Source of the DNA: Bacteroidales bacterium UBA4181
GTDB lineage: Bacteria > Bacteroidota > Bacteroidia > Bacteroidales > UBA4181
Reading direction: 5' to 3'
Assembly: GCA_002380425.1 (NCBI GenBank)
Contig: DFUR01000068.1
Span: 87 to 64,086 of the forward strand
DNA length: 64,000 bases
This document shows positions 38,711-48,055 of this stretch, piece by piece. Each line of letters starts with the position of its first letter. Position 1 is the first letter of the stretch. Below the pieces are notes generated by a model. It was not told where the DNA came from. It saw only the letters and a program-made list of their open reading frames with translations, and made no database searches. A program made the position numbers and the translations under genes.

Positions 38711-39738
38711 ACCCGGGAGATTTGTCGGCAGAGTTTCCTGATCCACCCCGGTCCCTGGTACACAAAACCTGAATACACCTGTATCAGCGTGGCTCCAGCC
38801 TCAAGTTTCTCCAGCGCGTCCTGGGCGCTCATAATCCCTCCGACACCAATGATGGGGAGTGTGCCACTTGTTTTTTGATGAATATACCTGATTACCTCCG
38901 TTGATCTGTCGCGAAGCGGGTGTCCGCTCAGTCCGCCACTACCGGTAAGGGCAATCTGTTCGCGACTAAGGGACAAACCTGCACGCGATGTGGTGGTATT
39001 GGTAGCAACAACACCGTCTATACCATGTTCTTTGATAAGAGATAAGGCCTCGTCAATTTGATTATTGGTTAAATCAGGAGAGATTTTCAGCAAGATAGGT
39101 TTGCGTGTGGATTGCTTGGCCCTTTCAGTGCATACAGCCGAAAGAATTTTTCCCAGAGCGTCCGTATCCTGCAGTTTTCTTAGATCCTTTACATTGGGAC
39201 AACTAACGTTCACAACGAAATAATCCACATAGTCGTAAAGAGCCGAAAAACACTTAAGATAATCATAGGGCGCATCCTCATTGGGGGTGAGGGTATTCTT
39301 CCCTATATTTCCACCCACGATGCAGGGTTTATGTATGTTTCTGAGTCGCGCAGCTGCGGCTGCTACCCCTTGGTTATTAAAGCCCATTCTGTTGATCAGC
39401 GCCCTGTCGGCGGGAATCCGGAACAAACGGGGACGAGGATTTCCAGGCTGTGGCAGGGGAGTCACTGTTCCAATCTCAATAAAGGAAAATCCAAAGGCAG
39501 CAAATTCTCTGATCAGACGTGCGTCCTTATCCATGCCTGCCGCAAGTCCAACTGGATGAGGAAAGCGCATACCACAGAACTCACGTTCCAGACTCGGGTC
39601 ATTAACGGCACATATTCTGCCCGTAAGCCGAAGCATAAACGGGACTTTAAAAAATGCACGGAGCAGGATGGTGGTCCCATGATGAACCTTTTCAGGATCC
39701 AGAAGGAAGAGAATCGGACGTACAAGCCAACGGTACAT
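38707..39738 (-). CDS. pyrD: Dihydroorotate dehydrogenase (quinone), class 2
   Basis: The first ATG is at 39738 (MYRWLVRPILFLLDPE); the ORF-track start is TTG. Motifs include GLAAGMDKD, IEIGTVTP, NRMGFNN, NVSCPN and IGVGGI. Confidence 0.9.
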   Translation of the reverse strand: MYRWLVRPILFLLDPEKVHHGTTILLRAFFKVPFMLRLTGRICAVNDPSLEREFCGMRFPHPVGLAAGMDKDARLIREFAAFGFSFIEIGTVTPLPQPGNPRPRLFRIPADRALINRMGFNNQGVAAAAARLRNIHKPCIVGGNIGKNTLTPNEDAPYDYLKCFSALYDYVDYFVVNVSCPNVKDLRKLQDTDALGKILSAVCTERAKQSTRKPILLKISPDLTNNQIDEALSLIKEHGIDGVVATNTTTSRAGLSLSREQIALTGSGGLSGHPLRDRSTEVIRYIHQKTSGTLPIIGVGGIMSAQDALEKLEAGATLIQVYSGFVYQGPGWIRKLCRQISRV

Positions 39739-39786
39739 AGAGGGAAGTGTGAGCAGCAAAATTAACACTTTTGGCTGCAAAATCCA

Positions 39787-40221
39787 CTATAGAGGGTTAT
39801 ATTCCGCACAGGTCCTGTCAGAGTAGAAAATGACGATTCTGTCAATCTGCTTTGACTTGTTCTCAGGCGAAACAACAACAGGGGGGGGCAGAGCAACAGA
39901 GGAGGGTGCAGCGTCCCTGGCGGTGCCGTACGAAGTAGGAGATGCGTCCGGGGCTACAGAGGCGTCAGCATCAAACGTGCTCGAAAATAGATCGGAGTGG
40001 GGTGGAACATCCTGTTTGAACATGGGGCCCGTACCCATGATCAGCCAATCGGCAGAAAGGTGAGGATAGGAGGAAAGCGTTTTCTGAATAAAGTCAAAAC
40101 CAGGATTGTTTCTACCCGAAAGAATATGTGAAACCCCTGATCTTTGCACACCTACCTCGTCGGCAAACTGTGTAGCCGATAAGTTCTGCTCAACAAGAAA
40201 TTTTAACAGCCTGTCTTTCAT
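39787..40221 (-). CDS. XRE-family helix-turn-helix transcriptional regulator (144 aa)
   Basis: The N-terminal HTH reads LSATQFADEVGVQRSGVSHILSGRNNP. The C-terminal half is Pro/Ser/Ala-rich with no recognisable domain. Confidence 0.75.
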   Translation of the reverse strand: MKDRLLKFLVEQNLSATQFADEVGVQRSGVSHILSGRNNPGFDFIQKTLSSYPHLSADWLIMGTGPMFKQDVPPHSDLFSSTFDADASVAPDASPTSYGTARDAAPSSVALPPPVVVSPENKSKQIDRIVIFYSDRTCAEYNPL

Positions 40222-40281
40222 ATATATGCATTGAATATATAAAGTAAAATATCAGCTATTGACGGAGCAGGTAAATTGTTT

Positions 40282-40340
40282 ATACAAATGTAACCAAAGT
40301 ATAATTTACAAATGTATCTAAATTTGGGTTACATATGTAA
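40282..40340. promoter_or_regulatory. Cluster of three TTACA-N2-TGTAA-type inverted-repeat sites (candidate operator/promoter array) upstream of the XRE gene
   Basis: The sites are ATACAAATGTAA (40282-40293), TTTACAAATGTA (40305-40316) and the perfect palindrome TTACATATGTAA (40329-40340). On the minus strand the first two read TACATTTG, which matches TAnnTTTG. The box at 40285-40292 lies 63 nt upstream of the XRE ATG and has a TTTG about 20 nt further upstream. Confidence 0.4.
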
Positions 40341-40756
40341 ATTGACAAGATTTTCACAATGCATCCTAGAACATCATAGAGTAATGCTGAACAATGTCCC
40401 CAATGGCAACAATTGTTTCAACGTAATTGATATTCAATCAATTAATATAATATAGAATATTTGATGTATTGCATTATATTTTGTACTTTAATTATCTGGA
40501 ATATAAGTGTTTATGAGTTAAAATTGACGATTTAAAGGGATTTTCAGCCCGATTTTGGCTACTTAAGCGTTTTGTACTAAATCATAATTACAACTGAGTT
40601 AAATAAAAATTTGGATATCAGTAACTTATAAGTTTCATCTTTCATTTACGTACTGTCATTTTCAAGCACTGACAGAATGTCTTTTCATGGGGTTACAATG
40701 TGATCACACAAGTAGTATATGGCCGTCGGTCTGCCCCTATTGTTGGTTTACACATG

Positions 40757-40784
40757 TAAAAAAGCCCGGTAATCACCGGGCTTT
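40757..40784 (-). terminator. Intrinsic terminator after sufS (end of the suf operon)
   Basis: The minus strand reads AGCCCGGT-GATT-ACCGGGCT followed by TTTTTT, about 35 nt downstream of the sufS stop. Confidence 0.65.
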
Positions 40785-40816
40785 CACAAATTGGGTACAA
40801 ATAGAATCAGGATGGG

Positions 40817-42037
40817 TTACTGGAGCATGCTTCCCGCTCGATGCAAACCGGCAACCAGCTGGTCCACTTCCTCAAAAGTATTGTATAGCGCAAAAGATGC
40901 CCGGATGGTTCCTGTGATGCCCAAAAAGTCCATCAGAGGCTGGGTACAGTGGGTTCCAGTTCGAACAGCAATCCCCATCTTGTCCAGAATCATTCCCACA
41001 TCATAGGGATGATGGTCGCCAAGTACGAAGGAAAATACAGCCGTCTTGAGTGGAGCCGTTCCATACATACGAATACCCGGGACGGTTTGAAGTTGTTCCC
41101 TGGCATAGTGCATCAATGAGGTTTCGTAGGCAGCAATCTGCTCCATACCGATGGCCGACACGTACTTAATGGCTGATTGCAGGGCTGTGGCATCCACATA
41201 ATTTGAAGTTCCAGCTTCGAACTTAAAGGGCAATTCATTATAGGTCGTACCCTCAAAGCGTACACAATCCACCATATCTCCTCCTCCCTGATAGGGGGGC
41301 AGTTCGTTCAAAAGGCTGGATTTCCCGTACAAAACCCCTGTTCCGGTAGGTCCGAACAATTTATGGCCCGAAAAAACATAGAAATCACAATCCAGTTTCT
41401 GGACGTCCACAGGCATATGTTGCACTGCCTGAGCTCCGTCCACCAGCACATGCGCTCCTGCCAGATGAGCCATACGAATCACCTGTTCCACCGGGTTGAT
41501 GGTCCCCAGAGTATTGGAAACATGAGTGAGGGCCACTATCCGGGTACGTGGAGAGAGTAAACGGGCAAATTCTTCCAGAATCAGTTCTCCCTGTTCTGAA
41601 ATGGGAATCACCTTCAGCCGAGCCTGTTTCCGGGCACACATCATTTGCCAGGGAACGATATTAGAATGGTGCTCCATAGTGGTGAGCAGTACATCGTCTC
41701 CGGGACGGATGAATCGTTCCCCGTACGAAAAGGCAATAGCATTAATGCCAGCGGTCGCTCCGCTGGTAAAGATGATTTCCTGAGAATAGGCCGCATGGAT
41801 GAAATCCCGGACGGTATTCCGGGCCTCTTCATACTGGCGGGTAGCCTGTTCGCTTAAAAAGTGCACTCCTCTGTGAATGTTTGCATTCATTTCGGAGTAC
41901 ATCCGGATTAGGGTGTCAATGACCACCTGCGGTTTTTGGGTGGTAGCCCCGTTATCGAGGTACACCAGCGGTTTCCCATACACAGTCTGTGAAAGAATGG
42001 GAAAATCAGCACGGATTGTATCAATGTTTGTACTCAT
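40817..42037 (-). CDS. sufS: Cysteine desulfurase SufS (class II aminotransferase V)
   Basis: Motifs include HHSNIVPWQ, the PLP-lysine block SGHKLFGPTGTGVLYG and the catalytic-Cys block RTGTHCTQP. Confidence 0.9.
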   Translation of the reverse strand: MSTNIDTIRADFPILSQTVYGKPLVYLDNGATTQKPQVVIDTLIRMYSEMNANIHRGVHFLSEQATRQYEEARNTVRDFIHAAYSQEIIFTSGATAGINAIAFSYGERFIRPGDDVLLTTMEHHSNIVPWQMMCARKQARLKVIPISEQGELILEEFARLLSPRTRIVALTHVSNTLGTINPVEQVIRMAHLAGAHVLVDGAQAVQHMPVDVQKLDCDFYVFSGHKLFGPTGTGVLYGKSSLLNELPPYQGGGDMVDCVRFEGTTYNELPFKFEAGTSNYVDATALQSAIKYVSAIGMEQIAAYETSLMHYAREQLQTVPGIRMYGTAPLKTAVFSFVLGDHHPYDVGMILDKMGIAVRTGTHCTQPLMDFLGITGTIRASFALYNTFEEVDQLVAGLHRAGSMLQ

Positions 42038-42039
42038 GG

Positions 42040-43323
42040 TTACTGTATGTCTTCAAGCAAGAGCACATGGTTACCCACATACTGCCTGATGGCAGCATTC
42101 AGGGCAGGATGCTCCATGTCGTTGAACACTTCACCCGCAAAAGCCCCCAGCAGCAGCCTGCGGGCTTCCTGAAGGCCTATGCCCCGGGAACGGAGGTAAA
42201 ACAAAGCCTCGGAGTCCAGTTGACCCACTGTAGCTCCGTGGCTGCACTTCACATCATCAGCGTAGATTTCCAGCTGGGGCCGGGTACGAATCATGCTGCG
42301 GGGATCGAGTTGAATGTTGTTGCTTTTCTGATAGGCCAGGGTTCTCTGGGAGTCCTTGGGTATGAGAATTCTCCCGGTGAATATGCCCAGGGAGTTTCCA
42401 TCGGCAATCTGTTTGTACAGTTGATTGCTGGTGCAATCGGATGCTGTATGTTCCATGCGGATATCCACATCGGAAACGGAGGCATCCCCGATGTAACACA
42501 GCCCGTGCGATTCATGGCTTGCCACAGGGCCACTCAGAGAGACATTGTGATTGAGCCGTACACTCCGTCCGCCAACATTGAAAACATGATGCTGCATCCG
42601 ACTTCCCGTAAGCTGACGGACATAATTGTGATGAATGAACAGGGTTTGCGCCCCGGAGCAGAAGGTTTGCGTCCACTCCGCCCGGGCGTCCTTTCCAAGA
42701 AAGGCATGACAGACATTATTGGCCAGACTCCCTTCCGGGCGTTCTTCCCACCACAGGGTAGATTCCGAGCCATCGCCCAGGTAAACAAAGGAGCGCATCA
42801 TCTCTCCCTGTCCGGCGGCCCTTACCACTCTGATGATCTGTTGCATACGTACTCCCTGAGGAATGTATATCCCAATGCCAGGGGTGGCGAAGGCACGGTT
42901 CAGGTCTGCAAACACATCCTTGCCCGACTCAGGGAAAGAACAATAGGCTTCAAGCATGTCCGGATGTCTCTCCAGCAACTCCGCCAGCGGGCCGGCCTCA
43001 GCACCTTGACCGAGATCCGTGCGTGTCAGTGCCTCCGCAAGGATGTCAGAGGCTCCGGGAGCTGGGTGAGCAGTAGAGTATATTTTGCCCGCAAGCACCT
43101 GCTTCCGGGGTGCAGAGACCCTGGATTCTGCTTCAGCCAGGGCAAAATATTCATCAGAGAAATCTTCCCAAATTCGGGTGTATTTATAGCGTTCCCGATA
43201 AGCCACAACATCCTCGGGACGGGCAAGGATCTCCGAAAGGACGGAAGCCCGCACATCCTCATCTGCAAACATTCCGGAGAGGCTTTCGAGATACTTCTGT
43301 ATCAAAGGATCGGGATGTGCCAT
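42040..43323 (-). CDS. sufD: Fe-S cluster assembly protein SufD
   Basis: The gene lies between sufC and sufS. The C-terminal beta-helix block reads DVKCSHGATVGQLD..LFYLRSRGI. ATG 43323 begins 1 nt after the sufC stop. An upstream ATG at 43356 would overlap sufC by 32 nt. Confidence 0.85.
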   Translation of the reverse strand: MAHPDPLIQKYLESLSGMFADEDVRASVLSEILARPEDVVAYRERYKYTRIWEDFSDEYFALAEAESRVSAPRKQVLAGKIYSTAHPAPGASDILAEALTRTDLGQGAEAGPLAELLERHPDMLEAYCSFPESGKDVFADLNRAFATPGIGIYIPQGVRMQQIIRVVRAAGQGEMMRSFVYLGDGSESTLWWEERPEGSLANNVCHAFLGKDARAEWTQTFCSGAQTLFIHHNYVRQLTGSRMQHHVFNVGGRSVRLNHNVSLSGPVASHESHGLCYIGDASVSDVDIRMEHTASDCTSNQLYKQIADGNSLGIFTGRILIPKDSQRTLAYQKSNNIQLDPRSMIRTRPQLEIYADDVKCSHGATVGQLDSEALFYLRSRGIGLQEARRLLLGAFAGEVFNDMEHPALNAAIRQYVGNHVLLLEDIQ

Positions 43324-43324
43324 A

Positions 43325-44077
43325 TCAGCCGTTGTTTTCCGGTTTGAGCCAGTCATATCCTCTTGCTTCCAATTCCAATGCCAGCGATTTATCTCCCGAA
43401 CGGACTATGCGCCCCTGGTAGAGCACGTGAACATAATCGGGAACAATGTAATCGAGCAGCCGCTGGTAGTGTGTGATCACAACCGTAGCCCGTTCCGGAC
43501 TTCTCAAGGCATTGACGCCCTGTGCTACCACACGGAGGGCATCAATATCCAGTCCGCTGTCGGTTTCATCCAGAATGGACAGCAGGGGTTCAAGCATCGC
43601 CATCTGGAAAATTTCATTTCGTTTCTTTTCTCCTCCCGAAAAGCCTTCGTTCACAGAGCGACTGACCAGTTTCTGGTCTAACTCTACCAGAGAGGCTTGC
43701 TCACGCATTTTCTTCAGAAATTCTGCAGGGCTCAGAGGGGGGAGCCCGCGGTATTTGCGGGTCTCGTTCACAGAGAGACGCATAAAGTTGGCCATGCTGA
43801 CCCCTGGAATCTCCACCGGATACTGGAAACTCAGGAAGATGCCGGCACGAGCTCTGTCTTCGGGCGACATTTCGAGCAGGTTGGTTCCTCGATAGGTAAC
43901 CTCTCCGGCGGTGACATCAAATACATCCCTGCCGGTGAGCACAGATGCCAGAGTGCTCTTTCCGGAACCGTTGGGCCCCATAATGGCATGTACTTCGCCA
44001 GGCCGGACATCCAGATTCACTCCCCTGAGAATGGGTGTATCCTTGATACTTGCGTGTAAGTCTTTGATAGAGAGCAT
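43325..44077 (-). CDS. sufC: Fe-S cluster assembly ATPase SufC
   Basis: ATG at 44077 ([11 protein letters not shown]). Walker A is GPNGSGKST, the ABC signature is FSGGEKKR, and Walker B is [12 protein letters not shown]. Confidence 0.92.
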   Translation of the reverse strand: MLSIKDLHASIKDTPILRGVNLDVRPGEVHAIMGPNGSGKSTLASVLTGRDVFDVTAGEVTYRGTNLLEMSPEDRARAGIFLSFQYPVEIPGVSMANFMRLSVNETRKYRGLPPLSPAEFLKKMREQASLVELDQKLVSRSVNEGFSGGEKKRNEIFQMAMLEPLLSILDETDSGLDIDALRVVAQGVNALRSPERATVVITHYQRLLDYIVPDYVHVLYQGRIVRSGDKSLALELEARGYDWLKPENNG

Positions 44078-44093
44078 AATTAAAATAATGAAG

Positions 44094-45557
44094 TTAACCG
44101 ACACTTCCCTCCAGGGAAATCTGCAACAATTTCTGGGCCTCAACTGCAAACTCCATCGGCAGCTGGTTAATCACTTCACGGGCGTAGCCGTTCACAATCA
44201 GCCCCACGGCATCTTCGGTAGATATGCCACGCTGGTTGCAATAGAATATCTGGTCCTCGCCAATTCTGGAGGTGGTGGCTTCATGCTCCAAAATGGCAGA
44301 GGGATTATCGTTCATAATATAGGGAAAAGTGTGGGCACCGCAGGTATCGCTCAGCAGCAGGGAATCACACTGAGAGAAGTTCCGGGCATTATCTGCCCCC
44401 TTGAGGATCCGCACAAGTCCCCGATAACTGTTCTGGCTCTTTCCGGCCGAGATGCCCTTGGAGACAATACGGCTCCGGGTATTCTTCCCGATATGAATCA
44501 TCTTGGTCCCGGTATCGGCCTGTTGATGATTATTGGTGAGGGCAACCGAATAGAATTCACTGGCCGAGTTGTCCCCGCGCAGGATGGTTCCGGGATATTT
44601 CCATGTGACGGCAGAGCCCGTTTCGACCTGGGTCCAGGATATTTTGGAGTAATCCCCCTTGCAGATACCCCTTTTGGTGACAAAATTGTATATACCTCCC
44701 TTTCCGTCCTTGTCCCCGGGATACCAGTTCTGAACAGTGGAATATTTTATCTCAGCATTTTTCATGGCTACCAGCTCGACCACTGCAGCATGTAGCTGGT
44801 TCTCGTCCCGCTGGGGTGCAGTGCATCCTTCCAGATAGGAAACATAGGCACCTTCATCGGCAATCAGCAGTGTGCGCTCAAACTGGCCGGTCTGTGCAGC
44901 ATTGATACGGAAGTAGGTGGACAACTCCATGGGACAGCGAACGCCTTTGGGGATATAGCAGAAAGACCCGTCACTGAAAACAGCGGCATTCAAAGCGGCA
45001 AAAAAATTGTCTCCCACGGGAACAACAGACCCGAGATACTGCTGCACCAGGTCAGGATGTTCCTTCACGGCGTCACTGAACGACGAGAAGATGATACCCT
45101 GTTTGTACAGCTCTTCCTTGAAGGTCGTTTTCACAGAGACGCTGTCCATCACGGCATCCACGGCAACCCCGGCAAGATGCTTCTGTTCTTCGAGAGGAAT
45201 ACCCAGCTTGTCAAACGTTCTGCGTAACTCAGGGTCCACTTCGTCCATGCTGGCAAGCGAAGGCCTGGCCTTTGGAGCCGCATAGTAAATAATATCCTGA
45301 AAATCAATATCCGGGAACTTAAGGTGAGCCCAGCGGGGCATGGTCATCTTTTGCCATTGTCTGAAGGCCCTCAGCCGAAAGTCCAGCATAAATGCCGGTT
45401 CCTGCTTCTTGAGGGAGATCAGCCGGATAACATCCTCGTTTAAACCCTTGGGAATCGTCTCGGTTTCGATATCTGTCACAAAACCGTACTGATACTCCCG
45501 GTTGGTCACTGTATTTAGAATCTGGTCGTTGTCAGATGAATTCATGGCAAACTGCAT
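44094..45557 (-). CDS. sufB: Fe-S cluster assembly scaffold SufB
   Basis: The gene is about 480 aa and heads the operon. Characteristic blocks include FNFVTKRG and [17 protein letters not shown]. An alternative start is ATG 45545. Confidence 0.92.
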   Translation of the reverse strand: MQFAMNSSDNDQILNTVTNREYQYGFVTDIETETIPKGLNEDVIRLISLKKQEPAFMLDFRLRAFRQWQKMTMPRWAHLKFPDIDFQDIIYYAAPKARPSLASMDEVDPELRRTFDKLGIPLEEQKHLAGVAVDAVMDSVSVKTTFKEELYKQGIIFSSFSDAVKEHPDLVQQYLGSVVPVGDNFFAALNAAVFSDGSFCYIPKGVRCPMELSTYFRINAAQTGQFERTLLIADEGAYVSYLEGCTAPQRDENQLHAAVVELVAMKNAEIKYSTVQNWYPGDKDGKGGIYNFVTKRGICKGDYSKISWTQVETGSAVTWKYPGTILRGDNSASEFYSVALTNNHQQADTGTKMIHIGKNTRSRIVSKGISAGKSQNSYRGLVRILKGADNARNFSQCDSLLLSDTCGAHTFPYIMNDNPSAILEHEATTSRIGEDQIFYCNQRGISTEDAVGLIVNGYAREVINQLPMEFAVEAQKLLQISLEGSVG

Positions 45558-45566
45558 AACTTAATA

Positions 45567-45574
45567 CAAACCTA
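45567..45574 (-). promoter_or_regulatory. Candidate -7 box (TAGGTTTG) for the sufBCDS operon
   Basis: The minus strand reads TAGGTTTG. It lies 9 nt upstream of ATG 45557, which favours ATG 45545 as the start and gives a leader of about 15 nt. Confidence 0.3.
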
Positions 45575-45637
45575 CAAAAACAACCCATCATTTTCTCACG
45601 AATTACACTATTTTTACGGAAGATATAACGAACGTAC

Positions 45638-46933
45638 ATGCGCCATACCGCACCTTCGCTAAAGCCCGTATCCAAGATCCCTCCACTGAGTCCTCAACGC
45701 CACAGTCTTTCCAATGGGCTTGAGGTGTTGACGCTTAACGGAGGGGAGGATCCTATACTGCACCTAACCCTTTTGTTTCCGGCGGGTTCCCGGTTTCAGA
45801 ACAAACCCCTTACAGCAACCTCCTGTGCCCGGCAACTCACCGAAGGCGGATCCCACAGGCATTCTGCTCCCGTTCTGGCTGAACTGACCGACTATTGTGG
45901 CGGCACCCTTCAGTCAGTCTGCGACAAGGATTATGCCACAGTCTCTTTGCTGACCCTTCGCAAGCACCTTGAAAGCATGCTCGAAGCTCTGTCTGGCGTT
46001 CTTGCCAATCCGTTGTTTCCGGCCAGGGAATTGAATATTCACTTGATGCAGGAAAAACAGCAATGGAAGATAGACTCCGTCAAACCACGCTATGTGGCTC
46101 GGGTGGAAATGTCGTCCCTGCTCTTCGGGAAGTCCCATCCATACGGCTACGTGGTGCAAGCATCAGATTTCTCAGCCCTCCGTTGCCGCGATTTACGATC
46201 GTTTTACCAGACACACTACAGCAACCCTTTGGCCCTGCTTGTCTCCGGTCAGGTGACGTCCCAGGATCTGGACCTCATGGAGAAGCATCTGGGATGTCTG
46301 CCATTTCGGAACCAAATGCCTCTTGAACCGCTCAAATTATCGGAGAGGAGCGCGGCCCAGAATCAGAGAAGTCACCTCCAGGTTTCCGGTGCTCTTCAGT
46401 CGGCCCTTAGGGTGGCTGCTCCGATTTGCCCGGCAGACCATCCGGATGCCATTCCGCTGATGGTGATGAATACACTTTTGGGTGGGTATTTCGGTTCTCG
46501 TCTGATGAAGCGGTTGCGGGAAGAAAAGGGTTACACGTACGGGGTGTATTCCATGATGGTGCAGATGGTTCACGCCCATGTCCTGATCATTACCACTGAG
46601 GTGGGCACCGGTGTGACCCGGGAGGCTTTGGATGCCCTCTACTCGGAGATAGACCAACTGCGCTCCTGTGCCCCTCCAGATGCCGAATTGTACCGGGTAA
46701 AACAGTATTTGCAGGGTGAAATGCTCCGTTCCTTTGACGGCCCATTTCTGCGCCAGGAACGCCTCCGGTCCTTGCTGGAACTGCAACTCCCGCTGGATCA
46801 TTTTGATCGCATGCCAGAACTCATTCAGCAGGTGACACCCACGCAGGTGAGGGGGATGGCTGCGAAGTATCTGGCCCCGGAGGGTTTGTTTGAGGTCGTC
46901 GCCGGAGACCTGTCTCATCAAAACATCAAGTAA
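45638..46933 (+). CDS. M16 (pitrilysin/insulinase) family protein, probably a non-catalytic homologue
   Basis: The overall two-domain M16 layout and C-terminal conserved blocks are present (GGYFGSRLMKRLREEKGYTYGVYS). The position where HxxEH is expected reads TSCARQLTEGGSHRHS. Confidence 0.7.
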   Translation: MRHTAPSLKPVSKIPPLSPQRHSLSNGLEVLTLNGGEDPILHLTLLFPAGSRFQNKPLTATSCARQLTEGGSHRHSAPVLAELTDYCGGTLQSVCDKDYATVSLLTLRKHLESMLEALSGVLANPLFPARELNIHLMQEKQQWKIDSVKPRYVARVEMSSLLFGKSHPYGYVVQASDFSALRCRDLRSFYQTHYSNPLALLVSGQVTSQDLDLMEKHLGCLPFRNQMPLEPLKLSERSAAQNQRSHLQVSGALQSALRVAAPICPADHPDAIPLMVMNTLLGGYFGSRLMKRLREEKGYTYGVYSMMVQMVHAHVLIITTEVGTGVTREALDALYSEIDQLRSCAPPDAELYRVKQYLQGEMLRSFDGPFLRQERLRSLLELQLPLDHFDRMPELIQQVTPTQVRGMAAKYLAPEGLFEVVAGDLSHQNIK

Positions 46934-46943
46934 TTATCTGAAT

Positions 46944-47972
46944 ATGAATAAGAAAATTGGTATTCTTTCTGCCGGGGGGGACTGTCCGGGCATCAATGCC
47001 ACCATCCGTGGGGTGGGCAAAACGGCTATTGTGGAGTACGGAATGGAGGTGATCGGAATTCTTGATGGATTCTCCGGTCTGATATACAATGACTATTTGC
47101 CACTTGAAGAGAAAATGCTCTCAGGGATTCTCAACCTCGGAGGCACCATTCTGGGTACGTCCCGGGAAAAGCCTTTCAAGAAGAAGGACAATGATCCTAT
47201 TGCAGACAAACCCCTGCTGATCAAACAAAACTATGATAAACTCGGACTCGATGCCCTGGTGTGTATCGGTGGCAATGGCACTCAGAAAACGGCCGGACAG
47301 TTGGCGCAGTTAGGACTTCATGTGGTAGGAATTCCCAAAACCATTGACAACGATGTTTGGGGAACGGATGTAACCTTTGGTTTTGACACAGCGGTCCAGA
47401 TCGCCAGCGAAGCTATTGACCGCCTCCATTCAACCGCCAATTCGCACAAACGGGTGATGGTCATTGAGGTCATGGGACACAAGGCTGGGTGGCTGGCTCT
47501 GTATTCCGGGATGGCCAGCGGGGGAGATGTGATTCTCATCCCCGAGCTGGAATACGATCTGGACAGAGTAAACGAGGTATTGCTCAATCGTTCAAAAAAA
47601 GGCAAACCCTATTCTATCGTAGTGGTCGCCGAAGGCATTGAAGTGCCCGATGGCAGAAGAGCCGGGGAGTACATTGCTCAGAGCATCCAGGAGTCTACCC
47701 GGCTGGAGACCCGGGAAACGGTTCTTGGGTACATCCAAAGGGGAGGCAGTCCTTCACCAATGGACCGCATACTTTCCACCCGACTGGGTAGCTACGCTGC
47801 AGACCTGATACACCGTGAAGAGTTCGGGATGATGGCCGCTATTCGTGACAATCAAGCCGTGGCTGTTCCTCTAAGCGAGGTAGGAGGCAAAACACGTCTG
47901 GTTCCCGAAGACCATTACCTAATCACAGAAGGAAGGAAAATGGGCGTCTTTTTTGGCTCGCCCGCATCTTGA
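46944..47972 (+). CDS. pfkA: ATP-dependent 6-phosphofructokinase
   Basis: ATG at 46944 (MNKKIGILSAGGDCPGINA). Motifs include IGGNGT, GIPKTIDND and MGHKAGW. Confidence 0.9.
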   Translation: MNKKIGILSAGGDCPGINATIRGVGKTAIVEYGMEVIGILDGFSGLIYNDYLPLEEKMLSGILNLGGTILGTSREKPFKKKDNDPIADKPLLIKQNYDKLGLDALVCIGGNGTQKTAGQLAQLGLHVVGIPKTIDNDVWGTDVTFGFDTAVQIASEAIDRLHSTANSHKRVMVIEVMGHKAGWLALYSGMASGGDVILIPELEYDLDRVNEVLLNRSKKGKPYSIVVVAEGIEVPDGRRAGEYIAQSIQESTRLETRETVLGYIQRGGSPSPMDRILSTRLGSYAADLIHREEFGMMAAIRDNQAVAVPLSEVGGKTRLVPEDHYLITEGRKMGVFFGSPAS

Positions 47973-48006
47973 ATGACAATTTATTGGCCAGCACGGTAGT
48001 ACAAAC

Positions 48007-48040
48007 AAAAAACCGCCCCCGAAGCCGGGAGCGGTTTTTT
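48007..48040. terminator. Bidirectional intrinsic terminator between convergent pfkA and nifJ
   Basis: The element reads AAAAAA-CCGCCCCCG-AAGC-CGGGAGCGG-TTTTTT. The stem is 9 bp with one mismatch, flanked by an A-run and a T-run. Confidence 0.65.
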
Positions 48041-48055
48041 GTTTCACGCAGATCC

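Noticed and set aside
40312-40455. 47-codon plus-strand ORF (MYLNLGYICKLTRFSQC...) in the AT-rich gap, and the 76-aa ORF at 40687-40917
   Set aside because: The short ORF has no upstream promoter-like element; the only candidate -7 box lies inside it. Its composition simply reflects AT-rich DNA. The 76-aa ORF runs antisense into sufS and across its terminator.
40400-40500. The AT-rich core of the 595-nt gap as a replication origin
   Set aside because: No DnaA boxes (TTATCCACA or its complement) are visible. No dnaA or dnaN gene is nearby.
41989-43347. 452-aa plus-strand ORF, with a 294-aa ORF at 43911-44795
   Set aside because: Both lie antisense to sufD, sufC and sufB, whose translations carry unmistakable Suf motifs. 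The antisense products are low-complexity with no recognisable motifs. They are shadow ORFs.
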